NCBI RefSeq assembly: GCF_964204645.1
Contig: NC_134025.1
Span: 3,534,001-3,598,000 of the forward strand
Length of the DNA stretch: 64,000 nucleotides
Source of the DNA: Tubulanus polymorphus
Taxonomy: Eukaryota; Animalia; Nemertea
Reading direction: 5' to 3'
Part shown: in pieces, positions 1 through 12,014 of the stretch
Position numbering within the stretch: position 1 is the first letter of the stretch
How the letters are laid out: the number at the start of each line of letters is the position of its first letter
Position numbers and translations under genes: made by a program
The notes under the pieces: generated by a model
Told to the model about the DNA's origin: nothing
Databases searched by the model: none
Seen by the model: only the letters and a program-made list of their open reading frames with translations

Positions 1-41
1 TTCAAATTATATTTTTTTGACAAAATGTAAATCAATCTTAC

Positions 42-254
42 CTCGCAGTTGGCTCTTAGAAAATCAATAATCTTCACCATAGCCACGAAGTAAGCGATGT
101 GAGGTCTACCAGTCGTTGCTGTCCCCCAATGGATGCGAAATTCTCTCTCCTTCAAAATAGCTCTCATTCTATCTACACCGAGAACCTCCTGAAGATTTCG
201 GCAGATTAAATGAACTTTATCATCGACGGTCAACTTCTTCGCATCTTCGGCCAT
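42..254 (-). CDS. YARS1: Cytosolic tyrosyl-tRNA synthetase, first coding exon (gene continues beyond the left edge)
   Basis: Manual translation from ATG at 254 gives [71 protein letters not shown], then a GTAAG donor at 41. It matches the eukaryotic TyrRS N-terminus ([19 protein letters not shown]-like HIAY). Acceptor TTTATAG lies 9 nt upstream of the ATG. A probable non-coding exon lies near 1798-1880. Confidence 0.93.
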
Positions 255-615
255 CTTTTTAATCTATAAAGGCAAATTTGATTCTAGCATGTTAGTTAAG
301 CAAATTATCGTGATATTTCTGTGCACACTAACCACAGCCCACTGCAAACATCAACACTCAAAACTTTATCTCAAAAAAACTTTTTCAAATAACGCCAACA
401 ACCTAGCAACCTTAAAAATGAAGACAGTCAAAATCCTGAAAATTTCACGCTTTTTCACACTGCTTTCTGCAATATAACATTTTACCGAAGCAAAAAACAC
501 TCTCTGGGATTCACTCATAAATCCCCAAAAAGTCGCACACAAATAATGGTTTGTTTTCAAAGGGAATTCAACATCAAAAAGCAAATGGTCAAACAAAGTT
601 CATGAAATCTTTTTC

Positions 616-692
616 CTAAAGACTTCGGGAGGTTAAATGAACCTTTTCATCGATGGTTAAATCTTTTGCTTCTTCGATCATTTTTCTAATCT
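616..692 (-). pseudogene. Decayed duplicate of the TyrRS start exon (copy 2)
   Basis: TTTACAG acceptor, 9 nt, then ATG (681) encoding MIEEAKDLTIDEKVHLTSRSL*, compared with [22 protein letters not shown]. The CAG codon has become a TAG stop. Confidence 0.85.
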
Positions 693-746
693 GTAAAGGC
701 AATCATTTATTAGTAAAAACAATTAACCTAGAGTCCTTATTCTACC

Positions 747-889
747 TTATCTAATGGTAGAACATTTTAGATTATGCAAAAATTTCAACACAATCACCAA
801 ATTTCTCATTCTTAATCTTATCAAATGGACCTTTGCTTCAATAGCTGCAATAGCTAATCTCTTTCTTTCTTCAGCCATTTTGGAAATCT
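747..889 (-). pseudogene. Decayed duplicate of the TyrRS start exon (copy 3)
   Basis: TTTACAG acceptor, 9 nt, then ATG (878) encoding MAEERKRLAIAAIEAKVHLIRLRMRNL...* (43 aa). The MAE..K.L....KVHLI pattern is retained. Confidence 0.75.
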
Positions 890-992
890 GTAAAGCAATC
901 AATGTTGTCAAATTATTACAGAACAGAACTAACTAATATAACAAATCATTTATATTCAATTGCCGTGTTAGTAAGAATTAGTAACTAATATA

Positions 993-1438
993 ATTCCGGG
1001 TGGCCTAGCTCAGTCAGTTTTGGTAGTACATACCTGACAAAGGTCTTAGTAGGACCAGAAAGGACAGGCAGTCGACCTTAAACATCGTTTTTTAATCCAC
1101 TTTAAACTGTATTGAAAGATATCCAAAAAGTCTTTATTGAAAGGGGTTCATGAGAGAAAAGAGACTCCATGATTTGAAACTTTAACAATATGTTTCCATG
1201 CCTACCAACTGAAGTTTGGTATGTAGGCATGGAAACATATTGTTAAACTTTCAAATCATGGAGTCAATTCTCTTCATTTAACCCCTTTCAGTGAAGACTT
1301 TTTAGATATCCTTCAATACAGTTTCGACGAATGGATTAAAAAATGATGATTAAGGTCGACTGCCTGTCCTTTCTGGTCCTATTAAGACCTTTATCAGGTA
1401 TGTACTACCAAAAATGAGTGAGCTAGGCCACCCGGAAT
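993..1438. mobile_element. Foldback / MITE-like long inverted repeat (~210-bp arms)
   Basis: ATTCCGGGTGGCCTAGCTCA...CATGCCTAC is followed by a short loop and then GTAGGCATG...TGAGCTAGGCCACCCGGAAT. The arms are complementary over their whole length with scattered mismatches. No clear TSD. Confidence 0.85.
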
Positions 1439-2238
1439 GCTCTCAAGTCAGGTTGAAATAGACATTAAATATTCAGGCATGTACAATATCTACATTCATT
1501 ATACATTTCAAAAGATTTTCGATATTACAACACTTAAAAATTTGTAAAAATTAACATATACTAATTAGATGATTAGGTGATGATTATACTGATCATTTCG
1601 AGTTCTGCATTCATACATTACGGTAGGTGTAAAACTTGACGTTTTACATCGGTACTTAGTTTAACCTAAAAACCGGCAGAAAATCTACCAACACATGTTG
1701 GTCGTAAAATCGACCAATTAGTTATTACTTAGCATCTATATCAAATTCTGATGTTAGGAAATAAAGTAAAATGTGAGAAATCGTGGAAAATGCATACCTT
1801 TCGGTCGCGCGTTGATGAGAACAAACGAGCTAAAAGATGATGAAACGACAATACAGAACGTGAAACTCAACCCGGAAGTGAGGTAACGCTATTTACCGGA
1901 AAATAATATCATTTCCAATCCAAGTCCAAACCCAAGAAAAGGCGTATTCATTTATCGGTTCAACTTATTCGCATATATCAGATATTTAAAATGAAATATA
2001 TTGAGGCTCTGCTTGTGTATGAGAATATTGCAAATTTATGAAAAATGAATGTTCACAAATAATCTTTAAAAATAAGGATTTTATCCGCATTTTAGCTTTA
2101 CCCATTGAACCCGGAAATAAATACATTTTTATTGAGCTATTATTATTTAAAAAAAACTAAAATCTTAGCCATAAACTGTAAACATCATAAAACTACCCAA
2201 ACTGCAGTGACCCACCCTCATGAATCTACGATTACGAC

Positions 2239-4881
2239 ATGGTGAGATATGAAATACAATAGGCCTACTGTCAAACTAATGAATAATCAGATTTCAATTT
2301 TCTTTCCTTCTTCCATATGTGTAATAATGTACAGTTTCATCCAAAAATACTTCCCTGCTCGCCTCAGACACTCATTTTGTCGTATTACTCATTTTGTCGT
2401 ATTAATCCTTGAGTTTACTATAGTCCTATATATAATCCCTTGATGAATGTGAAGGCTTATCTACAGAGACATTACAAAGACGTGGGCAGTGGCCCTTTCG
2501 AAAGAGGTTTATTTTTTCCTGAGCGGCTGCGAGCAGCATCCTGCAAACTTACTAAAATCTGCTGAATATAAGTTTTATGATAAGATATCTGAAGTTGATA
2601 AGTCCTGGTACTGCGATAAGGTTCTGAAAGATTGATTGAAATTTATAGATTTAATTAGAGATATCATCATTATAATTTCAGGCATCATTTTGGAGTCATT
2701 TTCAACAATGGATGTTGGTTCATATTCTGATTATGTATGTGTTTGTTACAAGTGGACTAATAATAAACTTCTTACAGCTTTGTGCCTGTATAATCTGGCC
2801 TTTTTCGCGGACAATCAATCGAAGAATCAATCGAATTTTACTTTATAACATATGGAGTCGTAAGTATATCTGGTGGCAAATAGTATTTAATTGTCAACAA
2901 CATTTTAAAAGCCCGATGTGTACAAATTTTAAAGGTTAAAAACGAAATATATCAAGAATTAAGATTGAGAATAAATGACTTAAAGTTTTGAAATCTCTCT
3001 AGAGACCATTGTTAGGTGGAAGAAAAAACTAAAATAAGAGGAATAGACTATAGCCTAAGGGAAAAAAATTCTGTCTCCACTTCTGAGTGTGGCTTTTCTG
3101 ATATCAATTGTTTTTCATTTTTATGTAGAAGTAACATTCCTCGGGCAGTGGTGGTCTCGATCAGATTGTCGTGTTTGTTTATATGATGCAGCTGACATAA
3201 AATATATAAACAATGAACATGCAATTACTGTAATGAATCATTCGTATGATATTGAATGGTTGATGGGATGGATCATATGTGAACGTATTGGATTACTCAC
3301 AGTATGTACCTATCTAAGTATCTTGCTCAACTCTTGAAGTACTAATGAATTTATGAATCTATGAGAAAATTAAGAGCGTTGATTTTGTGTGTATATCCTA
3401 AACTATGCTGTATTGGTTCAGGGAACAAAAGTCTATGGCAAATCGGTGCTGAAATATTTACCCATCCTAGGCTGGAGCTGGGCTCTATCGGAAAATATTT
3501 TCTTGGAGCGTGATTGGGCAAAGGATAAAGCGACAATAGCAAATGATGTCAAGAAATTAGCTGAATATCCACCTGGTATGAATGTATGGGTAAGTGTGCG
3601 GCACTATAGATCTCTGTGCAGAGTTGATTATTTCAGTAACTGTGTTATTCAATTTCAAACAGTACCTGCTGTTTTGTGAAGGCACCAGATTTACTGAGAA
3701 AAAACACATCCTCAGTAATGAAGTGGCGAGAAAGAAAGGTCTTCCAGAATTGAAATATCACCTTCTTCCACGAACTAAAGGGTTCGCGCTTTCAGTTAGA
3801 GAAATGAAAGGCATAGGTAAATAGAAAAACAGCTTCGTTGTTAAGAACTCAGAGTTTTAGATGGGTGAAATAATGTTTTAATACATGTTCAGTTCCAGCT
3901 GTTTATGATATTGAAATATGCTTCTGTGACAATGGAATAAAACCAACTCTTTCAAATATTCTAAATGGTAAAAGGTTTCAGGCTGAGTTACACATGAGGT
4001 AATTGAATGATGATACGAACTAGTGAAACATTGAAGGTGTTTTTTTAAATAAACTATATGCATTTTGATTATTCATCAGACGTTTTGCTCTTGATGATAT
4101 ACCATCTGATGAAGAGGGATGTTCAAAATGGTTGTACAAAATGTACCAGGAAAAGGTCCGTTAGTTATTCATTGATATCCAATGTCAATAAAGGGTTATT
4201 CTCCAAGTATTCCATATAAATGAAGTGTTACCATATTTCAGGATGAATTGTTTGGTTACTTCAAAGAGAATGGTAAATTCCCGGGCTATCGTCTTGATTT
4301 GAAACGCAGACCATTTGATTTGATATGTTTCTGTTTTTGGACTATTATTACATGTGTTCCGCTATTCTACTATATTGGTGGTATGCTCCTATATGGATCT
4401 ATTTTCGTGCGGTTGACAATCTTATTTGGGTTGATTTTCAGTAAGTTTTGTTTCGTTGCCCATCATTTATAGTACATGTATCACCTGTTTCTGTGTAGTA
4501 TGCTTCTTTAAAGTGAGGTGACAAGTGCATTTTAAAGCCATTTCCACCTCAGCTGTGACAACATCTGTCGGTATATTTTCGTATGAATCATTTCAACAAT
4601 CTCTTACTCGTCTACCTCTTACTACGTAGTTGACCTATCCGTATAGGCCTAGACCTTGAATTTTATCAGATGGCATAATTGTGAAAAAATTCTTCTCGTT
4701 CCAAAAATAAAATGTTTTGTGTTTATGTTTTATAGATAAGATTTAATTTATATTTTTTCTCATAGTTTCATTGGTCGGGCATTTATTGATTTTAATGACC
4801 GAAGCTGATAAGGGGTCATCATACGGTGCAAAAGGAAATGTTGATAATGGTGCGGAAGAAGACAAGAGAAAAGTTCAGTGA
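2239..4881 (+). CDS. AGPAT3: 1-acylglycerol-3-phosphate O-acyltransferase, AGPAT3/4 (gamma/delta) family, about 9 coding exons
   Basis: Probable ATG|GTGAGA at 2239-2241 spliced to 2682 (ASFWSHFQQWMLVHIL...). Exons carry NHSYDIE, FLERDW, FCEGTRF and HLLPRTKGF. The C-terminus ...DKGSSYG...EDKRKVQ* has a KxKxx ER-retrieval signal. AGPAT3 versus AGPAT4 cannot be resolved. Confidence 0.9.
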
Positions 4882-6200
4882 TGTTTTGATCAGTTGTAAA
4901 ACGATTTTGTAATTAATGTTGTATGCTATGAAAAAAGATGAAAACCTTTTATACCCATTATTTAACTTAACAAAGCTGGGCTTTGTCTGATTTGTATAAA
5001 CGTAATACAGTTATCAGTTCAGTGGTTAAGTAGAAAATTAATTTCTTTCAAATACATTAAAATGAAATCCATCCATAAATAATGATACTTCGAAGTATAA
5101 CATTTGTTTGAATGCACTTAAATAGAAATACAGCCTATTTTAGATAAAGTGTATGCCTTGAACACGCCTCAACTACCGGTACCGGTATGCTCAAAATGGT
5201 GTCTATCAATAATGGAACATGTGCGAGATATTGGTCTATGCTTAAGATACTTCTACGCTAATGGTGCTCAGGAGATACATGTAATAAATAATACTAGTAC
5301 CCCGTAATAAATTTGTTAAATACGTATATCAAATTCTGACACAATTTATTTTGCTACATAATTTTATATTCTCACAGCTGTCTCAAAATAATTTCATGCC
5401 ATTGGTGCCATGTGGATATATATATTATTATATTGTAGAGAAATGAAGAATTCATGTAGTTATACGTAATTTTTGTTAGGCTTGGACTGCCGAATTGTTA
5501 TTTTAGTTACATCGATAAATTGTTTGAAGTAACTTTGTAAGTTTCCTGTGCAGTGGAGTGTTTGTAAATGATATCTCATAAACAAATGATGATTCTTGAT
5601 ATAGGAATATTTGATACGACACGTATTCAGTGAAGTAGAATAATCGTGTAATGCCTTCCTAATTACTTCTTTTTATATAACAGAGTAGTGGTATTAATGT
5701 ATATTTAGATAAGTTTTCTTTACAAACAAATGATTTAAATGTACGTAAAATTCATATCTCAACGTTATATGTTTGTTAGGCATAAGCTACTTGATTCGAT
5801 GATGAAAGTAGATTGTACGAAGTTTAATTCTACTCAGTGAAAGAAATTCAATTGTTTTATGCGGTATATACTGACTATCTTAGTTATCAGTTCAAATGTA
5901 AATTTAGTGCATTCGCATTTATATAATCAAGTGATTTTTGCCAATTCTATTTACTTGTTAAGTTATCATCATGTTTCTATCTAAAAACGTATCTATTGTT
6001 ACATGAATTGTTTGATACTAAATATATTTATTTCAATGAATTATTATATGTTCTGTTCCACGTATTTGTAATGTTCTAATTAGCTGAAGCTTATTATATA
6101 CATGAATCACTTAGCAAATAAAAAACTTAAACATGAAATTACTAGTTTGTCATTTGTTTTCTGAATCAAAATCAATTTATGCTTTCATTCATGACCATAA

Positions 6201-6328
6201 GGGGTCATTCATTTATTATACGTACTGCAATGCTTAATGTATATGAAATAATGGCCGATTTTATGTACAGAGGGGGAGGGGGGTTGAAAAATTTAAATTT
6301 TATGCGTAGGTAATAAATGATTGATCCC
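6201..6328. mobile_element. PIF/Harbinger-type MITE
   Basis: Imperfect TIRs GGGGTCATTCATTTATTA / TAATAAATGATTGATCCC, flanked by TAA on both sides (6198-6200, 6329-6331). Confidence 0.7.
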
Positions 6329-6445
6329 TAAGAAAATAAATATCCATCATATATTGAATTGCAGACTAATTGGAATGAATGATAGTAAGCAACTATATTT
6401 TGTTGAAAACGTATATATTCTGTAATCTCTGAGCAGAAAAACTCT

Positions 6446-9400
6446 TTAGCTACATCTTGACAAAACATTTGAAATGTATGAATTATTTTGAGACGTTAAA
6501 TCAGCTTTCAGTTTGTTCATTTCGGTCTTTAATTCTTCATCATTCATCTCTGCAACTGGCAAATCTTTAATCTTCTGTAGAAAACTGTCGATTAGTTTTT
6601 CTCCTTCCTAAAAACAAAGAATCACAGAGTTCTCATATTTCCATCACATCAAACAACATACCGGTACCCACTGATGTTATAATACCCACCTTTTTAGCTA
6701 TCCTTCTTTTCTTATCAGCAGGTTCATCTGAATGATCGGTACTCATTAGGCTACTAACAGATTGATAATCTTCCAAGGAGTTCGCCTTTTCTTTAGCAAA
6801 CTATGAAGTTGAAAAAAGCCAATGATGATGATCAACCCACAATAATCAAACAATAGTATATCTCAATCCATAAAGAAATTACCTGAATAACATGTTTTGG
6901 AAAATGAGCCATTTCTGCTACATGAATTCCAAAACTCTGATCACATACTCCTGTGACAAAAAGCATACAGTAAAGGATAAGTTGAAAACTAAAGAAATAA
7001 ACGAAGTCAATGTAGAAACTTACCAGGCTTTACTCTGTATAGAAGAGTTAGAGTATTATCAGCCGTTAATGCAGTTACATGGAGATTCTTTACGGTTGAA
7101 ACTGAATCCGCTAATGCTGTCAGTTCGTGGAAGTGTGTTGCAAACAAACAAAAAGCTTTTATCTTGGTAGCGATAAACCTGCAATTTCAATGATTGATAT
7201 TTATATACCGTACTGATTGCAAATGGAATCATTACAGTCGAAAAGAATATTCTACTCACTCTGAAATTGCCCAAGCCAAACCAAACCCATCATAGGTGGA
7301 TGTCCCTCGTCCTAGTTCATCAATGATAATCAGCGATGATTCTGATGCCGACTGAAACCAATAGATTTCAATGGAATGAGCTGAATGCGGGAGAATACAT
7401 AATGACCATACTGTCATCATACCCTTACATACCCGTAATATTGATGCAGTTTCCAACATTTCGGCCATAAAAGTTGATACACCTTTCAGTTGACTGTCAC
7501 CAGCTCCGACTCGCGCCAGAATAGAATCAACAATTGAGATTTCAGCTTCGCTACAGGGTACATAACATCCCAACTGAGCCATTAAAACAACCACACCAAT
7601 CTGTTACATAATAATATATTCAATTAAACGTTTTCCTTGATAATTAGCATTACAAACTTAATTAGGTCAGGAATGACTTACAGATCGTATGTACGTAGAC
7701 TTTCCACCCATGTTTGGACCAGTTATTATCTGGAACATGCTATCATCCTTTGAAAAATTGGAATCATTCGGAATAAATGCAACGTCATCCTGCATCTCGA
7801 GACATGGATGACGTACTTCTTTCAAGTGAATCTTTCCAGCACCTATATTTAAATATATATACACACTGCAATACCTGATTTTATCAGTTACATGAAAATA
7901 AAGATAAACGTTAAATTGAAATGCTCTTACCCATTTCTAAGAGCTTAGGTCTTGTATAAGGAAGAGGAGCGCTAGCTGCAACATGGCCAAAACTAACGAG
8001 AACGTCAAGTTTAGCAATGATATCATTCAATGATACCATAGGTTCAATATATCCTGCTGCGATTGACACAATTTCAGACACAACACTTTTCTGTTGCTCA
8101 TTGTACTGCTCTTTAGCTACTAGATAATCATTGTTCAGCTGTCGTAATGAGGTATTATGAAATCTGACACCGTTTTTGTTTGTATCAATTGTGATGTATT
8201 TCTTGTTATTACGAATTGCCTTCTCATCCTAAAATCAACCATCATAAACAATTTTATCGATACAAATGATAAATCAAATCAATCATGAGTCTAAAAGCTC
8301 TAGCTGTTTCCACTTACTTTCCTCGTCACACGGAAGAAATAACCAATCTGTGCATTACTTTCTAGCTTCAATACTTTACTAGGCTCGACATTCAAATCTC
8401 TGGCAACCTACACAATTAATCCAGAAGTCATCCATTACGGTATTCTAATTTCACAAATATTTCAAAATTCATGATGATGATACCTTATTCAATTCAGTCC
8501 TCATTTCTTCTTCAAGTTCATCTAACTTGTTCCTCAGTTCTGTAAATGTATCGAAATGAAATAAGGAGTAATCACCATAACAATTATGGAGACTGAAAAA
8601 TAAGAAATGGATTGACAAATGTGAAGTATCGTTTGTTTACCTTGCAGATTTTCATCAAAATCAGGTTTGATAAGGTATTCATGGTTTTCTATCTGGGTAA
8701 AATCAAGTGTACTTTCAACCATTTCTTGGAACTTAGCAAAATCCATTAACAACTCCTGCAAAATAACAAGATAATATCATCATCTAAACAATAACAATAA
8801 GGCAACATTGAAATCTTTCCTGAATAACAACAAACCTTTGCTGGATTTGTAAAAACTGCCATTAAGAGTGGTTTGTGTTGGCTTTCATTCTTTTCAAGTG
8901 CTTCCAACAAATGGGGCATTTTCTCCAGAGCTTGATAAACCTTGTAACAATCCTGATCAATAGAAAAAGCATAGAGAACTGCTTACAGTGAATGCCACTG
9001 GGTTTCTAAACATATATCACGTTAAAATCTTACCTGAAGACCAGCTTTTTTGCGTTGAAACTTCTTAGCGAGCCGTTGAAAGTCTGGAATTCTGCGGAGC
9101 TGATCTTCTAAGAGAATCTGTCGTAATTCGGTGTCTTCAACGAATGTTTCCACGATGTTTAAACGTTCCTCTATTAAATATAAGTTCATTTTCATATAAG
9201 TCTCAATACAGAAATGAGACTTCAAGGAAGACTTCTCTGGAAGATGATAATGATATTACCTATTTTTCTAATGTCCATTAGCGGCTGTTTCACCCATTGA
9301 CCAATGAGCCTTTGTCCTTGTGCAGTACGACACTTGTTCAATAGTCCAAGAACACTTTGATTCTTATTTCCACCTTCCAGTATAAATACAAACACTGAGA

Positions 9401-11765
9401 CTAATACTAAAAATTACGCAATAAACATTACTCTTGATATTTACCTTCAGCAAGATTGGGTAAAAGATTCAAAGCCCGTACAGCTGCAGCATCAAGTTTC
9501 ATATACAATCCTAAATCAAATGTCTTGAGGGTAAACTGATTGAAATTACTTTCATCATCCAATAACTGTAAGAAGACAATATGATTAAGTGGTCTTTCTA
9601 CAATGTGTATATGCACAAGTCAAGAGAATATAAAATACCTCTAAATACTTCAGAAGACAAGCTATGGCACACATTGAATGTTCTTTGTCCATTTCAGCTA
9701 CAAAATCAAACTTAACCTGATAAAAGTAGCAGCCTCAACAGGAATTTGAAATATTATTTAAAAGATACTCACGTAAAGCAGTACAGTTCATCTGTTCACC
9801 TTTCGGACATCTTAAAATCTGATTCAAATCTTGAACATTATCTTTTGTTGAGAAATCACCTAAACATCAACGAACATAAAATAATTGAAGCTACAAATCA
9901 ATGAAGTCATCTTAAATTAGATTACCTAGAAATAGACATAAAATGTCTCCCGTTGATTGTAACCAATACGAGATTCAATGAAAATATAAAAACCTTTTTT
10001 TCGTTCAGTAATGAGTAACCCAGAGCGATTCAGTACATCTTTAACTTTCTGCATGTCGGCTGAGTTATCACCGCAATGAACGAGACATTCTTTCGGGCCT
10101 AACTGGACAATCAATGCCTGAAATAATGAAGACTCAAGTTCAGAATTTCGTTCCAAAACTGAATTTCACTGACAAATACGGTATAAACATACCTCCAAGT
10201 TTGAAAACTGTTCATTATCGAGGAATTCGGAAATTTCTAAACTGTGGAGAACAATATCTGCATATCCAATTCCAACAACCTATCAAATATTGAAATATTT
10301 GCTTCGTAGATTTCCCTTTTTAATCATTTAAATCAGATGGGTATCGTAATCATTCTATCTTTACCCGTTGACCATTTTCTGTAGATAATTTCAAAGCCAT
10401 AACTCCAGCAGATGCCGACATCTCATTGTTACCAAACAGAATCTCTTCGAACTGTGTCAAATTACCAGGGGATCCCTAAAATATTTTGTTACATGAAGAT
10501 TCTAATATTCTCACTATGAATTAATAGTATTTAACTTGTTTTACTTGTGTTATGCACTAAAAATATTGTTGAAATGTTGTGTCTCAATATTTTCAATTTA
10601 GCTATAAAGATTTGCTGGTACGCTGAAACTCTTAGGGAGCACTTCAAGATTCCAATCAATTTATTACACCAGCTCTAGTTAGCCATACCTTAAATGCGAG
10701 TGACCAATCATTGTTCCGAGACCCTCCTTTATTCTTATAAAGCTCAACACGATACTGTTTTACAAGGAGCAAATCTCTCACAAACATCTCGAAATTATTC
10801 TTACTGAGGACAACTGACCCCAATTTCTTGGAACCTAGAAATTACATCGGGCAACAATGAATTACATGAACCAGTACAACAACAGGGGTGGATCCAGGAA
10901 AATTCAGTCCAGTTCCAGAAAGAGAGGGCATTACTAGTTGGATAAATGCCACTCGGGGTACTACCCTCGATGTTTAGATATCCCTGATGAAATACATAAA
11001 AGACGCAAATTCCGAGAATGAACATCATTTGTAGGTTTTAACTATTCTGTCTTCTGACAAAAAGGGCAACCTCAATGGGAAGGCCCACACGTAAATCTGC
11101 TCGAGTGAACTGGTAAATCATGGAGTATAGTAAGGCTTCAAAAAAAAGATTATCTCTTAAATCAATCTGATTTCTTCTTTAATTCAGTATTTTATAAGGA
11201 GGTTTAACCTTTTTGTGAGATGTACCGGAATTGCAATTGGGTTGATTATTGTTTGATTACCTGATCCAAAGAACTTGATAACTGCAGTGGATTTATATAC
11301 TTCTTTAGCAGTGAATTCTGCATCACAACCATGAACGGTGTAAAAATCCTAAAAGATGAAAAGATTATTGATAAGGGTTGATATGATTTTTTATGAATTC
11401 GTTTTAAAAATATGAAATTTTCAATAACAGAATAACTTACATTTCGGTCGAATATCCTGATTGTAGTATTTGGTTTCTGAAAAAAAGGTTATCACACAAA
11501 GGCCTATGAGAATTCTGAAATCTGGATTTGATTTAAAGCTGCTTTCAACACTGATGAATGCTTACCTCAGCAAGACTAGAATAGTAGGAATAAAACCCAC
11601 TTTCTTGGGCCGTGTCTAAAAAACAACAAGCAGAATTTGTTTGTTAATATGAACTCAATAGGACAGCAATGGTGTATAAAGAAAGTGCACCCGTTATCAC
11701 ATTGAATACCTAGAATTCGATTAATATTTACCCAGAACTAATTCTTGTTTAGGCTGCACTGCCAT
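6446..11765 (-). CDS. MSH2: DNA mismatch repair protein MSH2 (many short exons)
   Basis: Start [11 protein letters not shown] at 11765. Exons include [14 protein letters not shown], Walker [57 protein letters not shown] and FATHFHELT. Stop TAA at 6446-6448. Confidence 0.97.
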
Positions 11766-12014
11766 TTCGATCAAATTTCAGAATTTTCAGAATTTCCCGC
11801 AAGCGCTCGAAGGGCTAATTCCGTTGGTTCATCCAGCTTCTCGATCTGTGTGCGAGAGGGCAATCACGTGACCTGTTTGTATAGTTTTGTAATTGCAAAC
11901 TCTGGGAAGAATCCGAACTGGAGAATGAATATATCTACCAACAAAATAAGCCTTAAGTACGGGTTTTCCCATCTCGGTTTTCCCAGTTCCAACTACAGAT
12001 CACATGACTAAAAG
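11766..12014. promoter_or_regulatory. Bidirectional promoter MSH2/LTO1
   Basis: Only 249 bp separate the divergent ATGs. It contains an E-box ATCACGTGACC (~11863), TCACATGA (~12000) and a YY1-like AAGATGGC overlapping the LTO1 start. Confidence 0.75.

Noticed and set aside
289-596. ORFs 289-477 (+) and 366-596 (-)
   Set aside because: No recognisable homology. They lie in the TyrRS 5' intron and are probably chance ORFs.
10883-11105. CAGGGGTGGATCCAG-initiated repeat and ORF 10801-11028 in an MSH2 intron (similar start at ~16057)
   Set aside because: Probably a decayed hAT-like MITE, but the right end and TSD cannot be defined. The ORF is intron read-through.
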